Assembly: GCA_963725255.1 (NCBI GenBank)
Contig: CAVRXV010000001.1
Coordinates: 109,115 to 173,114, forward strand
DNA: 64,000 nucleotides
Direction of reading: 5' to 3'
Source of the DNA: an uncultured Gammaproteobacteria bacterium
GTDB taxonomy: Bacteria; Pseudomonadota; Gammaproteobacteria; JAIEPX01
Positions 22,742 to 30,220 of this stretch are shown piece by piece. Positions within the stretch are counted from its first letter, which is position 1; every line of letters starts with the position of its first letter. The position numbers and the translations under genes were made by a program. The notes under the pieces are model-generated. The model made no database searches and was not told the DNA's origin. It was given only the letters and a program-made list of their open reading frames with translations.

Positions 22742-23263
22742 CTATTTTTTTCCTGCTGCTGGTCTCGTTTCTACTATATCTACGAGTTCAGGTTTTGCTT
22801 TCATCAGACGTAATTCACCAGTCCCTTGCATTTCGCCAATCGTACGTTTTAACCATGTATCGTGTGAGGATAATAAAGCAGGAAAATAATGCTGAGAGTT
22901 ATTTTTTATTGATTTAACAGTATTTGTCATTGCCTCACAAAGCTGATATTCAATTTCATTTGGGACCTTGTCGTTTATTGTAATTATCGGCATCCAGGTA
23001 TTTTTATCCAGCTTTTCTAATTCAGGTACTACTGATTTTTGTATTGTAGGTCACTGTCTGGCCAAATACAATTTTGGAAATAATGCTCCTTCATATGCCT
23101 TAGCAATAGGTTCGACTTTTTCCACGAATTCTAAAACAGCATTTAATTGAACTTGAGTATTCTCACCGAAAGGGAGAGAGCTTCGCTTGAGTTCCTGCAC
23201 GCGAACGCCTAACTGATGTATTAATTCAGATAGCTTTGGAGGTTGTTCATTGTCTACACGCAT
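22742..23263 (-). pseudogene. ~173-codon hypothetical ORF interrupted by one in-frame TGA (tracked as 70-aa + 83-aa ORFs)
   Basis: The stop at 23051-23053 is in frame with the 57-nt spacer (PTIQKSVVPELEKLDKNTW) and with the ATG at 22991-22993. I see no Shine-Dalgarno sequence before the second ATG. Confidence 0.5.
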
Positions 23264-23420
23264 AGTTCATTTCTCTATACCTTCTATTTTCATTATAGCT
23301 TACTATCCTGGATTTTGCTGGGCTCCACCATGCTGTAAAGTACGGACTTATGAAGCTACTTTATTAGTAGCCTTATTTCCATAAATTTTCTTCTCAGTCT
23401 CAGAGGTGAACTGGATTGAT

Positions 23421-24317
23421 TCAAAGATCAAGTTTTACCGTGGGAGAGAATATTGAAGTTTTTATATCGTCTAATTCTTTTTCTGAACGTACTTTGGATT
23501 CGATATAGGCTCGAGTTGCTAGAATAATTTGATCTTGTTGTTCAGTGGGAAGAGTTTTGATTAAAGTAATATTGTCATAATCGTCAGCCAATAAATATGC
23601 AAGTTTTAATATTATCCTTTTTGGAAGTTTAACGTTGTTAAAAGTATCTAAACAGACAAATCCAACGTGATCTGGATCATTTAATTGTAAATTCGAATTT
23701 TCTAACAGCCACTTCATACAATCAATTTGTCCAAAATAACTTGCATAATCGAGTAAACTACGCCCTAGGTTGTCTTTACAGTCGAGACTATTTTTATCAT
23801 TTTCACTAAGTTTAATAAGCATCTCTATTTGCCCACCCATTGAAGCTAAGTGCATAACAGTAGCCCCATCTATTCTTTTTTGAGTTAAAAGATTTTCACC
23901 TAATAATTCTGCGCATGCATCGTATAGACCATTAAATGCTCCTAATTCCCAAGGTTCTGTCATGAGCTCAATGAATGAACCCTCTGAGCTACCTGCTTCG
24001 AAAGCCAAGGATTGCATTAATCGCGTTTTATTTAAAGGATATTTATTGAATATCTCTGCGTCACGCAATTTGGCAGGAATGCTTTCAAAGTAGCTATTGG
24101 GTAAGGCTCTTTCAACAACTGCTCTTCGCCAACTGCGACATACTGGAGCGATAGTACGTAGTTGAGTTGGTGTGAAAAAACGAAATAGTGAACAAAGGCC
24201 ATCTTGATAAAAATCATCGAAGGAAGTCGGCTGCTTTTCAGTTTTTACAACTCTCATACTATTTCCCCTGCCCTGCAGATGATTAAAGTTAGCAAATTCT
24301 AATATAGTTGCATACAT
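23421..24317 (-). CDS. F-box + ankyrin-repeat protein (AnkB-like eukaryotic-type effector candidate)
   Basis: F-box-like LCSLFRFFTPTQLRTIAPVCRSWRRAVVE (nt ~24084-24194). ANK repeats are GATVMHLASMGGQIEMLIKL...GRSLLDYASYFGQIDCMKWLLEN. Confidence 0.75.
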   Translation of the reverse strand: MYATILEFANFNHLQGRGNSMRVVKTEKQPTSFDDFYQDGLCSLFRFFTPTQLRTIAPVCRSWRRAVVERALPNSYFESIPAKLRDAEIFNKYPLNKTRLMQSLAFEAGSSEGSFIELMTEPWELGAFNGLYDACAELLGENLLTQKRIDGATVMHLASMGGQIEMLIKLSENDKNSLDCKDNLGRSLLDYASYFGQIDCMKWLLENSNLQLNDPDHVGFVCLDTFNNVKLPKRIILKLAYLLADDYDNITLIKTLPTEQQDQIILATRAYIESKVRSEKELDDIKTSIFSPTVKLDL

Positions 24318-24436
24318 AAGTCAATGATTTTATTGCTCTTCCATGCGTTATAGAGATATTTTAAAGATCAATTCTTCGATTATATGTATTGCAATACAGA
24401 AAATATGTGGATATTTGGGTTTCTATATTGAGATGC

Positions 24437-25648
24437 TTAACTACTCAACAAAGGCTGAAAGAGATCATTATCATCTACAACGCTTACTTTATCAGTTTGA
24501 TCTTGCCCCTGATCGTTATTTGTTAAGACAGGCTGAAAAAAAAGTGGATTTTTTTCACGAGCAGTAATTCTTGCCCTAGTAACAACAGCTGCAAGATAGC
24601 GTTGATCAGTGTTGGGTATTACATATTTTAATATATAGACAATTAAATTATTATCAGATTTCAGATGTCCAAGAGCTACTGCTAAGAAGAATAACTTTTC
24701 TCCAATAGTTTGACGAAGACCTTGATCGATTGTAGAAAGTGATTCTGTAGTACAATTGAATATTTCTGATTCAGCTGTAAGAAAAGCCTGGTCTCTTGAT
24801 TGTAAAGGGAATTTCAATACATGTGGATTATCAGCAATCTCTCTGTATAAAGTTAATGTTAATATTGGAGAATGAGAACCTGTGACAGTTTCTTTAATTA
24901 TTTGAGCAGTAGCATAATTAATGGTGATTCGATCATGAACAACTATTGTTGGGTTTATTTCTGCTCTTAGATTAGCAATATTTTGATTGAACGATATTAC
25001 TGTATTTTTCTCATATTCGAAATACTCTCCTCTAATGCGGTTAAACTCGCGCAAAAAAGAGTATATTGATTTTAGAATTGCGAGTACGATGATAAGACGA
25101 AAAACAATTACCTCTATGACTAGAATCGGCATAATAAAAGGAATAGTAGTGGGGAACAGAACACCTGTAATTGTCAGGAAAATAGGTGACCATACTGTTG
25201 CTATCGTGAAATAACTGAGGATCACAGCATATGCCGCTCTAAATTCTAAGCTACTTGAGAATAAATAACATGCATCCTTATAAGATCTTATCGGAGATGT
25301 AATTGCAGATCCGAGCAAATGCAAACACCGCATAAGAGGCAATAAAAATGCAAGCAAAATAATTCGGATTGTATAACTGAGGAATTGAGCTTTCGAATGA
25401 AACACCCTTTCTTTAGTATGATCAGAGCTTAGATTAGAACTAAGTTGAATTAACTGTTTTGAAGCCCACTGAAATAATACTAAAGGTAAAAATTCTGTAA
25501 ATATTGCTATAATGGCCCTTATAGCTTTTATAGGGATGATAATAAGTTTTAAGCTAAGCAAAACAAGCAAGTACAAGATTCGAATGAAACGGTTACTTTG
25601 ATCTCTATTTCCGTCTATATCTTGTTCTTGCAGTAATCTTTCTCTCAT
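24437..25648 (-). CDS. Hypothetical 403-aa polytopic membrane protein
   Basis: Long ORF with several strongly hydrophobic stretches (LYLLVLLSLKLIIIPI..., AVILSYFTIATVWSPIFLTITGVLFPTTIPFIMPILVIEVIVFRLIIVLAIL). I recognise no family. Confidence 0.6.
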   Translation of the reverse strand: MRERLLQEQDIDGNRDQSNRFIRILYLLVLLSLKLIIIPIKAIRAIIAIFTEFLPLVLFQWASKQLIQLSSNLSSDHTKERVFHSKAQFLSYTIRIILLAFLLPLMRCLHLLGSAITSPIRSYKDACYLFSSSLEFRAAYAVILSYFTIATVWSPIFLTITGVLFPTTIPFIMPILVIEVIVFRLIIVLAILKSIYSFLREFNRIRGEYFEYEKNTVISFNQNIANLRAEINPTIVVHDRITINYATAQIIKETVTGSHSPILTLTLYREIADNPHVLKFPLQSRDQAFLTAESEIFNCTTESLSTIDQGLRQTIGEKLFFLAVALGHLKSDNNLIVYILKYVIPNTDQRYLAAVVTRARITAREKNPLFFQPVLTNNDQGQDQTDKVSVVDDNDLFQPLLSS

Positions 25649-25746
25649 ATTCTATATCCCAAAGGAATCAAATGTTTGAGTGAGACTATCATAATATTTA
25701 CATATTTGCAAGTCGTGCTTGCCTTAAAATTAATTAATTACTGTTT

Positions 25747-27360
25747 GTGTTCGAAAGATATAGTTTGATCTTAATCAAATCTGGTAAACTCAGCCTCACG
25801 GAGGATCTCGGCTTGAAGCACTATTCAAACGTTTTTACTGGGCTCATTGCTGTCGCAGCGGGAATGCTGACGACCTTAGCCTACGCGCCCTACTCGCTTT
25901 GGCCTTTAGCCTTTGTCGGACCAACTATCCTTCTATTGCTTTGGCAAAATGCTTCACCAAAAAGAGCCTTATTGACAGGATTACTGTATGGCATAGGGTT
26001 ATTTGGCACGGGTACGTGGTGGGTTTTTATTAGTATGCATCAGTTTGGGCATATGGAAACGCCGCTAGCCATTCTTGCCACTATTCTTGTGGTGTTTTAT
26101 GAATCTCTTTTTCCTGCACTGCAAGGTTATTTGTTGTCGCGTTGGTGTACAAACTCCAGCATTATTCGATCGGTTATTTTCTTCCCCTCAAGTTGGGTAT
26201 TATTGGAATGGCTGCGAAGTTCTTTATTTACAGGTTGGCATTGGTTAGTTTTGGGATACACACAAATTGATTCACCGCTCGGTGGCTACGCGCCCATTTT
26301 AGGCACTTACGGAATTTCTTTTTTGATGATGCTGACGGTGGGAATTTTTGTGTGGGGTCTCACTACCATTTTTTCAAAATCCGATCTTTCTCCTTCAATG
26401 ATAAAATGGCGACTATTTTTAAAAATTATTTTCATTGCGGTTATTTGGATTAATGGTGCATTGTTATCGATGGTTTCTTTCACAGAAACTAACGGTAAGT
26501 CGATCACGATCAGCATGATTCAAGGAAATATTCCTCAAGAATTAAAATGGCAACCCGATCAATTAACTAATATTGTTGAGAAGTATCATGTCGAAACACA
26601 GCGCCATTGGAGTAGCGATTTAGTTATCTGGCCTGAAGGTGCTATTCCAGCGCTGTCGACTGTGGCAGAGCCATTTTTAGATTCACTTTCAAAAGATGCG
26701 GTCAAGCATCAAAGTAATGTTATGTTAGGCATCCCTGTTGCCGAAGGTGAGTATTTTTATAATGCCATCATTTTGATTGGTGAATCTAACGGACATTATT
26801 ATAAGCGTCATTTGGTACCTTTTGGTGAGTATGTTCCTTTAAAAAAATGGGTCAATCCATTATTAGTTTCTTTGAATATTCCAATGTCTGATTTTAGTTC
26901 AGGTCCAAAGCATCAACCGCTTTTAACAGTTAAGAATATTCCAATGGCGACGTATGTTTGTTATGAAATTGTCGAGCCTGATGAGGTTCGACGAACACTC
27001 GATAATGCTGAAATGATTGTAACGATCACCGATGATAGTTGGTTTGACGATTCAATTGCGTCGTATCAGCATTTACAGATGGCGCGTATGCGCTCTTTAG
27101 AAAACGGTTTGCCACAATTATTTCTTTCCAGTCGAGGCGAATCGGCGATAATCAACAGTATAGGAATAATTACTCAGTCTCTTGCCGAGCATCAAGAAGG
27201 CGTTATCACTGCAACTGTTTCGACAGTTCACGGACAAACACCCTGGCGTTCAATAGGAAGCGGCATTATTTTAATACTTGCTTTGATTGGAATATCAATA
27301 TCTAAACCAATAATAATGATAACGGCCTTGATTCGATCCACCTTTCGCAATTGCCTCTAA
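25747..27360 (+). CDS. lnt: Apolipoprotein N-acyltransferase Lnt
   Basis: Multi-TM N-domain plus a CN-hydrolase domain (LVIWPEGAI...YYKRHLVPFGEYVP...VCYE). The true start is probably downstream of 25747 (e.g. TTG ~25813, LKHYSNVF...). Confidence 0.9.
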   Translation: MFERYSLILIKSGKLSLTEDLGLKHYSNVFTGLIAVAAGMLTTLAYAPYSLWPLAFVGPTILLLLWQNASPKRALLTGLLYGIGLFGTGTWWVFISMHQFGHMETPLAILATILVVFYESLFPALQGYLLSRWCTNSSIIRSVIFFPSSWVLLEWLRSSLFTGWHWLVLGYTQIDSPLGGYAPILGTYGISFLMMLTVGIFVWGLTTIFSKSDLSPSMIKWRLFLKIIFIAVIWINGALLSMVSFTETNGKSITISMIQGNIPQELKWQPDQLTNIVEKYHVETQRHWSSDLVIWPEGAIPALSTVAEPFLDSLSKDAVKHQSNVMLGIPVAEGEYFYNAIILIGESNGHYYKRHLVPFGEYVPLKKWVNPLLVSLNIPMSDFSSGPKHQPLLTVKNIPMATYVCYEIVEPDEVRRTLDNAEMIVTITDDSWFDDSIASYQHLQMARMRSLENGLPQLFLSSRGESAIINSIGIITQSLAEHQEGVITATVSTVHGQTPWRSIGSGIILILALIGISISKPIIMITALIRSTFRNCL

Positions 27361-28416
27361 ATTAGATATAGCTGTTGCATGATCTTTAGCTTTCGCCTTT
27401 GTATACCATTGAATCGCTGTCCCTTTGTTCTTTGCCACACCCTCACCATTATGATGACATGCCCCTATACTACACATAGCATCAGCATTGCCTTTGTTTG
27501 CTGACTGTTCAAATAATGGTACTGCCATCTTAGGATTTTTACCTACTCCAATGCCTTTCATGTAACAAAAACCGAGCTCATTTAATGCGTCTGCAAGTCC
27601 TTTATCACAGGCCACCCGTATTAAAGCTATGCCCTTCCCGGCATCTTTTTTAATCCCTTTACCATAAAGTAAACAAACACCTAAATGATATTCTCCCCAA
27701 GCGATACTTTGATTAGCAGATAGCGTATACCATTTCACAGCTTCTTTGGGATCTGCAGTGGCACCGTTACCGTATTCATAACAAACACCCACTAAATTTT
27801 GAGCAAAACCATCTCCAGCACTTGCTGCTTCTCTGAAAAACTTTAGAGCCAAACCATAATCTTTTCCTCGACCACCAATGCCAAAAAAATGGTAACATCC
27901 AAGAATATATTTCGCGGTAATATTTTCTATCTTAGCTTGCTCCATACACCACGGAAAACCCGCTTGTTGAGCATGTTTCAAGAAATTATCTGCCAATTCT
28001 GCATTTCTTTCTGGTAAATATTGATCATAAATTATCCAGCATCTAAAATACGCAGCCAAATACCCGTTAGCTATCGCTTTTTCATATAATTCTAATGCCT
28101 CATAAAACTTGCTTAAGTTGTATAAATATTCTGCTTCTCTGAATTCTTTTTCACCGGGAAGTAATTGTTTATCTAATCCGAGATTTTGTAGACCTGTAGT
28201 GATTTCACCATAACTACTCTTATCAGTAACCGCTGATTTTTCTGCAGCGCCTGGGGGTACTAAATACATTGCAGGAGTGGCTGGAGGAGCTGAAGGAACT
28301 GGAGAAGCTGAAGGAGCTGGCGAAGATGGAGGAATCCGAGAAGCTGGGGAAGTTGCGGAACTCGTACCCCCTACAGAACCTGATTGAGTTTTCTCTTTTT
28401 TCTTAAATAATCTCAT
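27295..28416 (-). CDS. Sel1-like repeat (SLR) protein with Pro/Ser/Ala-rich N-terminus
   Basis: Repeated A..W(Y)..A(A)..G...A...LG..Y..G.G units (AQNLVGVCYEYGNGATADPKEAVKWYTLSANQ..., ALNELGFCYMKGIGVGKNPKMAVPLFEQSANKG...). The N-terminus is SPASRIPPSSPAPSASPVPSAPPATP. The 3' end overlaps lnt by 66 nt. Confidence 0.8.
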   Translation of the reverse strand: MRLFKKKEKTQSGSVGGTSSATSPASRIPPSSPAPSASPVPSAPPATPAMYLVPPGAAEKSAVTDKSSYGEITTGLQNLGLDKQLLPGEKEFREAEYLYNLSKFYEALELYEKAIANGYLAAYFRCWIIYDQYLPERNAELADNFLKHAQQAGFPWCMEQAKIENITAKYILGCYHFFGIGGRGKDYGLALKFFREAASAGDGFAQNLVGVCYEYGNGATADPKEAVKWYTLSANQSIAWGEYHLGVCLLYGKGIKKDAGKGIALIRVACDKGLADALNELGFCYMKGIGVGKNPKMAVPLFEQSANKGNADAMCSIGACHHNGEGVAKNKGTAIQWYTKAKAKDHATAISNLEAIAKGGSNQGRYHYYWFRY

Positions 28417-28534
28417 ATCAAATCCTCCATAAAATGAAATTAATAGAAGAATAATTTAGAACTCTATAATTGTCAATGAGAAAACATGTTTTGGGTTGAC
28501 AGCTCCGGACTCTTAGAATTAGCTAATATCCAGC

Positions 28535-29941
28535 TTAACGGCGAGTTGAGTGGCTTGGTGGGGTAACGGTCACAGTAGCTTGTTGAGTTTGTTGCTGATT
28601 GGGTTGTTTGTTTTGCAATTTCGGTAATTGATTGTCTTGCATATAGCTGACTGAGACGTCTTTCATCTCTTTACTCGCCGCAGGAATACTACCACTGCCG
28701 TAAAGAATAGCGGGATCAGAAACAAGAAGGCCTTGCAGCGATTTTTTCGATGTAGATACAGGTTGACTTAATAGCTGCCCTTTCATGTCACTGATTTTCA
28801 CCTGATTTGGCATCTCACCCGCTAATTTTGCAGCAGCATCAGCAGCAAGATTCGCCACTTTCATATCATTATTGTGATGAGTTAAAAATCCTAAACGGGC
28901 CGCAGCATCACCTCGAACAGCAAAAAATTGTTCAAACTTAAAATCGTAACCACTTAATTTTGAGACCCCAAGATAATTAAATTGTTTTTGTAATACAATA
29001 AAATCACGATAACTCGAATAAACATGATTAAAGGCATCGTAGACATCGGGTGTTTCAATGAAAACACCTTCATCCAAAATATGCACGAAAGAATCTTTTT
29101 CATTAACAGAAATCGTTTCGTTTTCGAGCCCATCCTTCAACCATTCTAAAAATTTCTCACCGATGGCAACGTCTTCAGGAACCGTAAAATCCATTGGAAT
29201 ATTTTCTAACCAAAATTGCATTTCCTTTTCTTTTTCAGATAAATAACGCCTCAATAATTTCTTGAGTAAACCTAAATCACCTGCCCAATCTTCATGACCT
29301 GTTAATACAGCAATCCACATATCAAAAATACGAGGATGAGAAGCTAACCAACGTAATCCTAATTCGGGCATTACTTTTTGCGCGAGCAATGGGTTTGCTG
29401 AATTTAAAAATGCTTCACGATAACCACCGTATTCACGAATTTTATAAAATTGTGCACCCTGCTCTATCAACGATCCAGTAAATGGACACCACTCATCAAT
29501 ATAAATTCCATTTTCATCGGAAACCATAACTTTTTGAGTGGCTATTACTTTCACTAAATCGGCTAATAAAGCCATGCTAAAAACAGCATAAATATAAATA
29601 GGTTGAGGTTTAGTGGGTGATGTTTCAAATAATATTTGTAGGGCTATCAATGCGTGACGTAATCCTTCTTGCATAATGCCAGAAAGATGTTCTCGATATT
29701 GGATGGGGAGTAACTGAGCAAACTCAACAAAATTATCCACGAGTTTTGTGTATAGAACGTCAAAATGCTCATCAGGCATAGCGACAAGTTCTTTGATTTT
29801 TTTTAAATAGGAACTTCGTGTAGGGTCCGCCAGTAGTTGGCTGGCATTACGAACGGTAAATAGGCTTTGAGCATTATAGTCAGGGGCAGTATTTTTTTTA
29901 TCACTAAATAACTCTGATAAATCTGAACTCAAAGAACTCAT
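28535..29941 (-). CDS. Hypothetical 468-aa protein (possible degenerate TraI_2/HD-like N-domain; Gln-rich tail)
   Basis: Long ORF. The N-region LLADPTRSSYLKKIKEL....FDVLYTKLVDNFVEFAQLLPIQYREHLSGIMQEGLRHAL resembles, from memory only, the ICE-relaxase TraI_2 N-domain but lacks the His/Asp cluster. Confidence 0.45.
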   Translation of the reverse strand: MSSLSSDLSELFSDKKNTAPDYNAQSLFTVRNASQLLADPTRSSYLKKIKELVAMPDEHFDVLYTKLVDNFVEFAQLLPIQYREHLSGIMQEGLRHALIALQILFETSPTKPQPIYIYAVFSMALLADLVKVIATQKVMVSDENGIYIDEWCPFTGSLIEQGAQFYKIREYGGYREAFLNSANPLLAQKVMPELGLRWLASHPRIFDMWIAVLTGHEDWAGDLGLLKKLLRRYLSEKEKEMQFWLENIPMDFTVPEDVAIGEKFLEWLKDGLENETISVNEKDSFVHILDEGVFIETPDVYDAFNHVYSSYRDFIVLQKQFNYLGVSKLSGYDFKFEQFFAVRGDAAARLGFLTHHNNDMKVANLAADAAAKLAGEMPNQVKISDMKGQLLSQPVSTSKKSLQGLLVSDPAILYGSGSIPAASKEMKDVSVSYMQDNQLPKLQNKQPNQQQTQQATVTVTPPSHSTRR

Positions 29942-30220
29942 GGGTTTACCTCAAAACAAAAAGATCGTTAATCTTACACTTTAAACCACATTCTCTCAAG
30001 GCAATATACAGACAAGGAGCCGAGAGAAAAAGCACTGTTCATTATAGTCGAAGATAGGATCATTTGCAGGGGTCAGACCCCGCCACCAAAAACAACATTA
30101 ATTCCAATTATTATTTATTATTTAATTGCTAGATATAGATGATTCTTATCGGCGGATGCTTGCTAAATTTTATAGCTCAGGTATCCTTATGGTTTTTCTC
30201 TGTAATAACGAGACAATTTC

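Noticed and set aside
23045-23056. Selenocysteine recoding of the in-frame TGA at 23051-23053
   Set aside because: I see no convincing SECIS-like hairpin immediately downstream on the mRNA (only a 4-bp cuac/guag pairing), and no selenoprotein family context.
24385-24398. LexA (SOS) box interpretation of tgtattgcaataca
   Set aside because: The first base of the CTGT half-site is wrong. There is no lexA or SOS gene context in the window, and many Legionellales lack LexA. It is kept only as a generic palindrome.
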